From: Mobula hypostoma
Lineage: Eukaryota
DNA length: 64,000 nucleotides
Assembly (NCBI RefSeq): GCF_963921235.1
Contig: NC_086118.1
Span: 12,340,001-12,404,000 of the forward strand
Reading direction: 5' to 3'
Shown: one piece after another, positions 36,323 through 46,549 of the stretch
How positions within the stretch are numbered: the stretch's first letter is position 1
Layout: every line of letters begins with the position of its first letter
The notes under the pieces: generated by a model
The model's database searches: none
The model's input: only the letters and a program-made list of their open reading frames with translations
What the model was told of the DNA's origin: nothing
Program-made: the position numbers and the translations under genes

Positions 36323-37639
36323 TGCTGTCTTGCATTTGGCTAATGTCTACCTTGACAGATGGCAGCAGAAGCAGCTGAGCCCTTAACTCAACAAAAAAAG
36401 TTTAATTTACAGTTAACATGATGAAACGGCTGGCCCCTTTGTGCCAAGACAATATTTCATGCTTGCTGTTGAATTTTAATCATGCACTTCAGACCTTGGA
36501 TTTTTCCATGCAAGTTAGCCGAAGCACTGGAGGCCCAACAACGTTTGATGCAGCAGCAGCGGCAGCAGTACCAGGTCAAATTAATGGAATACTATCTCAA
36601 TGGACGAAAAAAAAACATACAGCCCCATTCATCTCCAAGCAAAAAGATAAATCTAATTCAAATTAAGTGGAAGCTGGAAGGATGAACCAATCTGCACACT
36701 TTGCATCATTTTGACAGAGCTCCATTTACGACGGAGTTTGGCTGCAGCCTCACTGGGATAAACCTATTACCAGGCCTGAGAAAAATGAGCCAACACTCAC
36801 GCATTAAAGTGACAGCAATGAACTTGGCAGTAAAGACCGCAAGAGGAAAATAAATGCAACCTGGTTAAATTCAGCAGACTGCACACACCAAAGAAATAGC
36901 AGATTCATTCGTTTTGCTGCAACATGGAGGCACTTTTGACATTTCAGCTCCAATAAGGAATTGGGATGCAAAGCCGATATAAATCCTGCGATTTCATTTA
37001 ATTCAGAGTCCTGTATTTTCATCAGTCTCCTCAGTGACATAAATAATGATTTGTGCATGGACGTTTGCAATGCAAACAGTTTTCTTGCTGTAATCTTGCC
37101 TAACGGCCGTGTAACACTATTTAATTTGTAGAAACGAGGCAAAACTGATGGGAAAACCTGTCGATTGAAACAGATTCAAGTATAATAACCATGATGATGC
37201 ATGAACAGGAAGTTCATTTTGGCTGTCAAAATATATCCGACTTCCACAAATTCTTTTTAACATTTAGCTTCTTTTCCCAGAAATTTAAAATAGCACCTCA
37301 GGAATTTACTTTATTGTTTTAAGTAGAAATTAGGTGAGTTTTTTTTTGTTCGGCCACTTGAAACAAGATTTTAATAACAGATCTAATCTGGTCTATGTCA
37401 TGTACAATTCCCAAGCTCACATGTGGTTTAATATATTCCTGATATTTGTTTTAGAAATCCATCTCAAACTTTTTGTACAATTATGATCATAGAAGTAATT
37501 ATTTTAGTGCCTTTCAACAATGTCAATGGGGAGCTCACAATTGTGCTGCTGGAATTGGTTCATGCTATGGTCTTAGGCCTATGGATTCTACTGAAGTAAA
37601 CCTCTGGGATGAAAGGGACTTCAAAAGAAATAACACAAT

Positions 37640-38620
37640 TTATAAACAGAAAATACTAAAAATGCTCAGCAGATCAAACAACAGCTGTGGAGAGAGAAAG
37701 AGAGTTAATATTGCAGGTGTGGAAGACCCTCTTGAGATCTGGGAAAGAGAGGTCAGTTTTGCAGCAGCAGAGAAGGTGAGTGAGGAATGGATAACGTCTC
37801 CAATCAGGTGAGTCCAAATGGGTTAATGTGGGAGTTAGAAACAAGTTATGTTTCTTTGTGTTACATGTTGCTTAAATCAGGGCTGTGGGAAGCCATCAGC
37901 AGGCTAGATTATACTAATGGAAAGAGGAAAAATTTGAACCAATATCACAGATGACTGACCGGTATGAAGAACCAGTTCTGCTACAGGTGGAGGGAAGGGT
38001 TGAAGCACCTGGAGCTGGCAAATGTTGTACTGAGTCCTGTAGGCTGCAAAATACTCAGACGAAAGATGGGGTGTTATTTATCATTGAGCTTCATTGCGAT
38101 AGTGCTGGAGGTTACAGACAAAAAGGCCAGAGTGGGAGTTGAATGATGACTTAGAGTGGTGGCAACCAGAAGGTCAGGGCCACTTCTGCAAACTGAATCC
38201 GGGTGTTATGCAGAACGATTAGCCGATCTGCATCTGCTTTCTCCAATATGAGCACCAGCGAAGCACATAGATTTGAAACAATCAAGTTAAAAAATCTTTA
38301 AGATAGATATTGAAGAGTTCCTCCCATGTTGCTAATGTGTACAGGTTGGTAGGTTGTGGGCATGCTGTGCTGGTGACACTTGCAGAATGCCTTCAGCACA
38401 TCCTTGGACTGTGTTGATTGTTAAAGCAAAAGATGTATTTTAGGGTACGTTCTGATGTTTTGATGTTTCGATATACATGGGACAAATAAAACTAAACTTT
38501 AGCTAATATTTAAAAAAAACAAAGTGAATCACAGCTTCATCCGGAGGAACAGTTTAGCCCTGGACAGAGGGAAAATGGGAAGGGAAGAAGTGTTACACTA
38601 CCCATGGTTGGGTGAGAAGG
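37640..38620 (-). mobile_element. Penelope-like fragment including GIY-YIG region, interrupted at ~38280-38510
   Basis: Minus strand HIGESRCRSANRSA*H..SVC...DLLVA resembles the YIGET.R.L..RF.EH motif; 3' end resembles the other Penelope tails. Confidence 0.6.
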
Positions 38621-39554
38621 TACCATAAGACAGGAAGTAGCTGGTATGGATGGAAGAGTGGGCCGGGGAGAAATTATTTGAACCTGCTTAAGAAGGAGTG
38701 TAGAAGAATGTGTGTGTGGCCAACAGCAGAATGTTGTGGCTAGTGAAAATTGAGAAGATGGTCTTTTGGAAAATGATTTGACCTTCTCAGAGCACAGGGA
38801 CTGTTCGCAGTTCTCAATGGCAAGCAGACTTGGAGCATGGGAAGGGGGGAGATAGGCCGGGGGCAAGGGGCCATGTAATCTAAGCAGCATTCAGCCACTT
38901 ACTGTGATGGGTTGCAGTATTTTCACGACCACAGTGACCCTTTGTAAGAGTCCACGTAAACAAGGTGAGAAGCAAGAAGCTTGTGAAGAGGTGTTGCAGT
39001 GAGGTGTACTGAATGAATCTGGCACAGGCGTTACTGGTGGAGAGCATGACTTTTCAAAAGGATTTTCTTGTCCACAAAGTGTAATCGTCACAGAACTGTG
39101 AACAGAATGATTTGAACACAGACTGAGTTGGATGGTTCAAGAGAGAACTGCGTTCCGTTGAGGAGGCTGCTCCAAACCTAAGTGGAGCTTAGAGAGAGTG
39201 TAGTAAGGCAGAGGGAAAGCGATCTGGCCGAGTTGAACGGTGACATGGTGAGTTCATTACTGACAAAAGGAAAGAAGAAATCTCTGCAGTGAATGAAGTG
39301 GGAGTCAGAGTGCCAGATGATATGAAAACAGAGACACTAAGGCGACAGCACTAGGAAGCATCAATGGTAAAGGCTGAGCTTTTGATAGTCAGGAATATAT
39401 CAAATATGATGAATGATTTTAAGAACTACAGTTATTGATACTTCAAGATATTAGATCTTGTATTAAATTTTACGTAAAAAATTACAGGTTATACCAAGAA
39501 GGTGATGACCCTGAATAGGTTAGGCATTCTATGCACATCTATAAAGACTATTGT

Positions 39555-40092
39555 AAGACTAGAAGATATATGAGCAGAATTAGGCCATTTGGCCCATTGA
39601 GACTGCTCTGCCATTTCATCATGGCCGATCCATTTTCCCTCTCAGTCCAGTCTCCTGCCTTCTCCCTGCATCCCTCTATGCCCTGACTAATCAAGAATCC
39701 AGCAATCTCTGCTTTAAATATAGCCAATTACTTGGCCTCCAAAGCCACCTGTGGCAACAAATTCCACAGATTCACCACTCTCTGGCTAAAGAAATTCTTC
39801 CTCATCTCCAATCTAAAAGGGTATCTCTCTATTTTGGGCTGTGTTCTCTGGTGTTGGACTCCCCCAGTACAGGAACCATCCTCTTCTCATCCATTCAACA
39901 TGCAATGGGTTTCAATCAGGTCACCTTTCATTCTTCTGAATTCCATTGAGTACAGGCCCAGGGTCATCCTCATATGACAAGCCTATCAATCCTGGAATCA
40001 CTTTTGTAAATCTCCTTTGAACCCTCTCCAATGTCATCACATCCTTTCTTGGATAAGGGGCCTAAAACTGCTCACAATATCCCAAGTGAGGA
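39555..40092 (-). mobile_element. CR1 3' fragment
   Basis: Collinear with the copies at 551-1090 and 54027-54600. Confidence 0.85.
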
Positions 40093-40279
40093 CTCAGCTG
40101 CTACACCTGCAGGAAAGAATTAAAGCCAAACGTAAATGAGGTGCACATGATGACCTGATGCATTGGGCTATTGGTGACTGCAGTGGACTCTCCAGAGATG
40201 GCAGTAAAGGATTCATGCAATGAAATTAACATGAAATCCAGTGAATTTATAATTGAATACAAACTGACAACATATAACA

Positions 40280-40870
40280 TACAGTAGGACAATACAGCAC
40301 AGGCAAAGGCCCTTCACCCCATACAGTCTGTGCCAGCCATGATGTAAACCCAATCTTAACTGCCTGCACATCATCTTATCCCTTGATTCATATTCATATT
40401 CATGTACTTGCCCAAATGCCTCTTGTATGTTATATTATCTCTGTTTCTCCCATTACCACTGCAAGCATCTACACTCTCTTTTAGTAAAAACTTGCCCTGC
40501 ACATCACCTTCAAGTTTTCCCTCCTCACCTTAAAGCGTTAAGGTGAGCTTTAAGCATTAAGGCTCTGCCCTTTGCTATTTGTTACTTCTACGCTGGCAGA
40601 AATACTCTGGCTCTGTCCCCAATCTAAGCCTCTCATAATTTAAAAATCTCTACCTTAATCGCCGCTTAGATTCAGACACTCCAGAAAATAGGATCCAAGT
40701 TTATCTAACCTCTCCCACTCATGAATATTACCTAATCCAAGCATCCTGGTGTGAACTTCTTCTGCATCCTCTCCAAATCCTTCACTTACTTTTTGCAATA
40801 GGGTGACCAGGACTGCATACAATCTCCAAATATGGCCAAAACACAGTTTTAATTTACAACTACACATCAA
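40280..40870 (-). mobile_element. CR1 3' fragment (old)
   Basis: RMLGL....ERLDKLG...LE...L.GD motif and CR1 3' UTR. Confidence 0.75.
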
Positions 40871-41167
40871 AGTAAGTAGTTAATAGATTATATAATATTA
40901 TGAATGTAAATCATCAGTCATTTATATGGGGTTCTTCTTTTATAACAGACTGTACAATATGTAAGTATAAGAACAATTTTGCGAACTGATATAACTTTGA
41001 TATATTGGTGTACCAGAAACTAATGTTTTGTTAAAACTCATTGCTACTGAATAAGGACTGTTCAAGTGATAGTTCTCCCTTTGTTAATTGCTTATACAAT
41101 TAGTAACAATAAAGAGCATACAGGCATTCCACATGTTTTAGATGTTTTAGAACATAGAGCATAGAAC

Positions 41168-42665
41168 AGTGTAGCACACTAAATGCCCTCCAGCCCCAGA
41201 TGTTGTGATGAACTATATAACTCTACTTCATGATCAATCTAGCCCTTCCACCTGCACAACCCAAAATCCTCAATTTTTCTTATATCCATGTGCCTATCCA
41301 AGAGTCTTTTAAGCGTCCTATTGTATCAGCCTGTAGCATCACCCCCAAGCAGTGCATTCCAGGCACCCGTGTAAAAACCTACTTCTGATATCTCGAAACT
41401 TGCCTCCAGTCATTCTAAGTGGATATCGTCTGGAATTAGCCTTTGTCGCTTGGGAAATAAGCACTGGCTGTCCACTCTGTCTATGCCTCGCAAAATCTAA
41501 TACATCTTTATCCAGTTGTCCTTTGTCCTCTTTCGCTTTAAAATGATAAGCTTTAGCTTGCTCAACCTTTCCACATAAGACATGCTCTCTAATCCAGGCA
41601 GCATCCTGGTAAATCTCCTCCGCACCCGCTCTAAAGCTTTTATGTCCTTCCTATAATGAGGCAACCACAAATGAGCACCACATTCGAAATGTGGTCTAAC
41701 CAGAGCTTTATAGAGCTGCAATATTACTACAAGGCTCTTGAACTCATTCGTCTAGTATACCATCAGCCTTCTTAACCAGCTTATCAAATTGCACTGCGTC
41801 TTTCAGGAATATATGGACTTGGACCCTAAATTCCATTTGTTCTATCATATGGATAAAAATCTTGCCGTTAACTTTGCACTGTATCACTTCATGCTTTCCA
41901 AATTGAACTCCATCTGCATCTGCCGAAGAGTTTTGGCTCTAAACATCAAATGTACTCTTGTCCGAGATGTTGCCTGGCCTGCTAAGTTCCTCCAGCATTT
42001 TGTGTGTGTTGCTCAGATTTCCAGCATCTGCAGACTTTCTCTTGTTTGTGTTTCCATCTGCATCCGCTATTTCTCAGGTCAGCTCTCAATCCTATCCATT
42101 TCCCATCATTATCTATGGCAACTTTCAACACTAACCACAACACCACCGAGCTTTATGTCATTTGCAAACTTACTAACCTATCCAAGTAATTTATAAAAAT
42201 CTTCTTTGTTCAAGTCGTTTATAAAAATCACAAAGGGCATGGGTCCCAAAACAGATCCCTGCAGAATACCACTGGTCACTGACCTCCGGGCAGAATACAA
42301 TTCATCTACAACCACACCCTGCCTTGTGGACAAGCCAACCCCAAATTCATGCTTTCCAAATTTCTATGGATCCCATGCCTCATGACATTTTAAATGATCC
42401 TACCTTGGAGAACATTGTCAAAAACCTTACTAAAATCTATATTCACTACACCCATCACTCTACCAGCATCAATTAAATTTGTCGCCTCCTCATAATCTCA
42501 ATCGGACTTGTGAGGCACGATCTGCCCCTTACAACACCATGCTCACTATCCCTAATAAAACAGTGCTTTTCCAAATGCTTGTAAATCCTGCCCTGCAGAA
42601 TCCTTTCCAATAGTTTGCCAAGCACTGACAAAAGATTCACTAGTCTATAGTTCCCAGAATTTAGA
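41168..42665 (-). mobile_element. CR1 RT fragment with a Penelope-tail insertion at 41921-42052
   Basis: ORFs MQLYKALVRPHFE...RFTRMLPGL and GNYRLVNLLSVLGKLLE...HG..RGRSCLT; (TTCTATG)-type tail. Confidence 0.88.
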
Positions 42666-43689
42666 TTGTAGTCCTTATAATGTATAAGACAAAGATCACT
42701 AATTTTCACACCACCGGCTCCCACTAGACATTGGAATAAAAGGCATGATTTATCTGCTAACGATGCTGTTGAAAGTATTAGAATAGGACCTTTTCCTCTG
42801 TAACCACACAGGGAGAAAATCAGAATAAAAATTTTCCATGAGAGCAGAAATAACTGTCGAAGTCACACAGTCTCTATGTAATCAGTGGGGTAGTTGACTG
42901 GTTCAGGCTAATAATAATGTGATAAAAATATTCATTCTGAACCATAGAATACTTTTTCTAATGTAAAACAAATCAACATTGCCTGAGGAAGAGGGTAGTA
43001 ATTACTTAGACTGAAAAAGCTGGGAAGGATGTGTGAATCCACCGCCTCTATTTCTGAAAATAGTGCTATATTTGACCTGTTCTGCTGATTCACTCTTCAG
43101 CTATCTTGTAACTAAACGTCTATGGAGGACAATTTCTAAATTGATGGTACTATATCAATGTAAGCGGTTGTTAAAAACATCTGGTCCACCAATCTGGATT
43201 GGCTTCAAATAAGTCTCTCGTGAAATACAGCATTCTGTATCCATTGTGGATTGATTAAAGAAAAAACAACATCAACATCTGAATATATTTCCTGTCAGAG
43301 AGCAAGGAAAATTTAAACCACAGCATCGAGTAATCGGGAAACTTTCAACTGACTTCAGAAAACAACACCAATGATAGGAGAGATGCCTAGAATTTGATAA
43401 GGAGTAGAACTTTGACTCAGACGTGGCCTGGAGAACTTAATCACTCTCCTAATTCAGTAGTAGATGTGTTCTCATAAAGCAAGAAGTGAATGCTTGTCAT
43501 AGGTAGATTGGAATATGGAATTGAGTTTACAATCATATTAGCTATGATCTTATTAAATGGTGGAGTAAGCAGCACGCTCCTTCTGCTAATGCATTTGTTC
43601 ATATCTGTTGGTGGTTTCAGAAATCAGAATCAGATTTATCACTCACTTACATGATGTGAAGTTTGTCCTTTTGCAGCAACAGTGTAAAT

Positions 43690-43990
43690 TAAAGATAAGC
43701 TTTATTTGTCACATGTACATCGAAACATCGAAACATGCAGTGCAATTTGTTAATTTGCATCAATGTTGCCAATCTTCCAACACCAACAAAGCATGCCCAC
43801 AACTCACTAATCCTTAACTATACATTCATGGAACTTGGGAGATAACCAGAGCACCTGAAGGTAGGTAACCAACATGGTCATGGAGAGAATGTACAACCTT
43901 CTAAAAGACTGTAGTGGGAATTGAAACCAGACCTTTTGGTCAATAACACTGTAAAACAAATTTGCAAATTGCTATACAACTGTGCTGCTA
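43690..43990 (-). mobile_element. V-SINE-like element with a Rex1-like 3' tail
   Basis: Minus strand shows a tRNA-like head (GGTTTCAATTCCC), a V-domain-like segment, then ...GATGTACATGTGACAAATAAAGC. Confidence 0.55.
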
Positions 43991-44074
43991 ATGTTACCGT
44001 GCCACTACAGTGCAAAGACATAAATTAATACAAATTACATAAATAAATAGCGCAATAATGGAATAATGAGGCAG

Positions 44075-45180
44075 AGCTTTCAATCTCTCGTTGCTACAGT
44101 CGGAAGTTGCCACCTGTTTCAAAAGGGCAACAATTTTACAGTGCCCAAGAAGAGCAGGATGAGCTGCCTTATCCACTATTGTCCAGTAGCACGAAGGTGA
44201 TGGAGTGCTTTGGGAGATTGGTTATGGCTCAAATTAACACCTGTCTCAGCAAGGACCTGGACCCAGTGCAATTAGCCTATCGCCACAATTGGTCTACAGC
44301 ATATATGGTCTCATTGGCTCTTTATGCATCCTTGGATCACATGGACAATACAACTGCCTATGTCAGGATGCTGGTTATTGACTACAGGTCAACATTTAAC
44401 ACAATTGAGCCTACAGTTCTGATTGTAAAACTCCACAACCTGGGCCTCTGTACCTCCCTCTGCTCTGGATTCTTCACTTCCTAACTGAAAGACCACAATC
44501 CGCGTGCATCAGTAATAACATCTTCACTTCACTGACAATCAACACTGCCACACCTCAGGGAGGTGTGCTTGGCCCACTACTCTACTCTCTCTACTCTCTG
44601 TGTGGAGGGATCAGGTGGAAAGAGTGAATAATTTCAAGTTCCTGGGTGTCAATATGTCTGAGGATCTGTCCCAGGCCCAACATATTGAAGCAGTTACAAA
44701 GAAGGCATGACAGCAGCTATATTTCATTCAGAGTTTGTGGAAATTTGGTACGTCACCAAAGACACTCACAAATTTCTATAAATATAGCATGTAGAGCATT
44801 CTAACTGGCTGCATCACCATCTGCCATTGGGGGGGGGGCGGCGACTGCACAAGATCAAAATAAGCTGCAGAGGGTTGTAAACTTAGACAGCTGCAGAATG
44901 GATCATGGGCATTAGCCTCCATAGTATCCAGGACATTTTTAAGGTGCAATGCTTCAAAAAGGCAGTATACATTATTAAAGACCCCCATCACCCAGGACAT
45001 GCTCATTTTCACTGTTACCATCAGGATGGAGATACAGAAGCCTGAAGGCACACACTCAATGATTCAGGAACAGCTTCTTCCCCTCTATCATCCAATTTCT
45101 GAATGGACATTGAACCCATGAACAGTACCTCACTACTTTATTTCTATTTTTGCACTACTTATTTAATTTAACATTATATA
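44075..45180 (+). mobile_element. Rex1/Babar RT-3' fragment with internal deletion
   Basis: KVMECFGRLVM..LDPVQLAYRHN..YVRMLVIDY.STFNTI and IKDPHHPGHA..FRNSFFPS motifs. Confidence 0.88.
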
Positions 45181-45200
45181 TTAAACATTATATATTTTTT

Positions 45201-45451
45201 TTCTCCAACGGCTTTCTGAGAGGCGGAACTGCGCAGGCGTGTGACGTCGGGCAGTGCAGCGCGGCAGATTTAAAAGGGCAGACATCCTGCTTCGGGTTTG
45301 ATTCGAAGAAGGAGTCTGAGAGTCTGAGTGGGAGTGCCGAGAAAGACATTTTTGATATTTTCGTTATTTTTTTTTCCTCCAATGGCTTTCTGGGAGGCGG
45401 GACTGCGCAGGCGTGTGACGTCGGGCTGTGCAGCGCGGCAGATTTAAAAGG
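45201..45451 (+). promoter_or_regulatory. Duplicated CpG-rich internal promoter candidate of CR1-D
   Basis: Two ~78-bp copies (period 174), each with TGCGCAGGCG (NRF1-like), TGACGTC (CRE-like) and TTTAAAA. Confidence 0.6.
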
Positions 45452-45613
45452 AACAAAGCCTCCTAGAGCGGGCAGCGTAGCTTGCGGGCGGCGGAGTGAG
45501 CCGGGAGCAGAGTGAAGACCTAAGGGCTTCGGCTCACCGGGCTTAGGCGGAAGCGGGCGAGGCGAGGAAGGTTTGGCATTCATTTTCTGTTGTTATTTGC
45601 GGAGAAGGGCATT

Positions 45614-46549
45614 ATGAGTGAGAGGGCAGTTTGCTGTTCTCGGTGTCGGATGTGGGAGGCCCTGGAGTCTCCAAGCCTCCCGGACGTCTACATCTGCGCC
45701 AAGTGCATCGAGATGCAGCTCCTAAGGGACCGCGTTACGGAACTGGAGCTGCAGCTCGATGACCTTCGTCTGGTCAGGGAGAGTGAGGAGGTGATAGAGA
45801 GGAGTGGAAGGCAGGTGGTCACGCCGGGGCCAGGGGAGGCAGACAAGTGGGTCACGGTTAGGAGGGGGAAGGGGAAAAGTCAGGTGATGGGGAGTACCCC
45901 GGTGGCTGTGCCCCTTAACAACAGGTACTCCTGTTTGAGTACTGTTGGGGGGGACAGCTTACCCGGGGGAAGCGACAGTGGCCGTGCCTCCGGCACAGAG
46001 TCTGGCCCTGTAGCTCAGAAGGGTAGGGCAAGGAAGAGGAGGGCAGTTGTGATAGGGGACTCAAAAGTAAGGGGGTCAGATAGGCGATTCTGTGGACGCA
46101 GTCCAGAGACCCGGATGGTAGTTTGCCTCCCTGGTGCCAGGGTCCGGGATATTTCTGATCGTGTCCAAGATATCCTGAAGTGGGAGGGTGAGGAGCCAGA
46201 GGTCGTGGTACATATAGGTACCAATGACATAGGTAGGAAAAGGGATGAGGTCCTGAAAGGAGAATGTAGGGAGCTAGGAAGAGAGTTGAGAAAAAGGACC
46301 GCAAAGGTAGTAATCTCGGGATTACTGCCTGTGCCACGCGACAGTGAGAGTAGGAATGCGATGAGGTGGAGGATAAATGCGTGGCTGAGGGATTGGAGCA
46401 GGAGGCAGGGATTCAAGTTTTTGGATCATTGGGACCTCTTTTGGCGCAGGCGTGACCTGAACAAAAAGGACGGGTTACACTTGAATCCTAGGGGGACCAA
46501 TATCCTGGCAGGGAGATTAGCTGGGGCTACTGAGGTGACTTTAAACTAG
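45614..46549 (+). CDS. CR1 ORF1p: C4 zinc finger/leucine zipper + SGNH esterase (311 aa, intact frame)
   Basis: ATG at 45614; CxxC..CxxC, heptad leucines, GDS, HIGTND, DGLHLN. Confidence 0.93.
   Translation: MSERAVCCSRCRMWEALESPSLPDVYICAKCIEMQLLRDRVTELELQLDDLRLVRESEEVIERSGRQVVTPGPGEADKWVTVRRGKGKSQVMGSTPVAVPLNNRYSCLSTVGGDSLPGGSDSGRASGTESGPVAQKGRARKRRAVVIGDSKVRGSDRRFCGRSPETRMVVCLPGARVRDISDRVQDILKWEGEEPEVVVHIGTNDIGRKRDEVLKGECRELGRELRKRTAKVVISGLLPVPRDSESRNAMRWRINAWLRDWSRRQGFKFLDHWDLFWRRRDLNKKDGLHLNPRGTNILAGRLAGATEVTLN

Noticed and set aside
36482..36685. Q-rich coiled-coil-looking peptide KLAEALEAQQRLMQQQRQQYQ as a possible exon
   Set aside because: Driven by a short (GCA)n run, the donor (CAG|GTCAAA) is weak and no protein is recognised; unsupported without RNA data.
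40524..40547. Perfect 10-bp hairpin CTCACCTTAA-AGCG-TTAAGGTGAG
   Set aside because: Local template-switch duplication inside a dead CR1 fragment; no functional indication.
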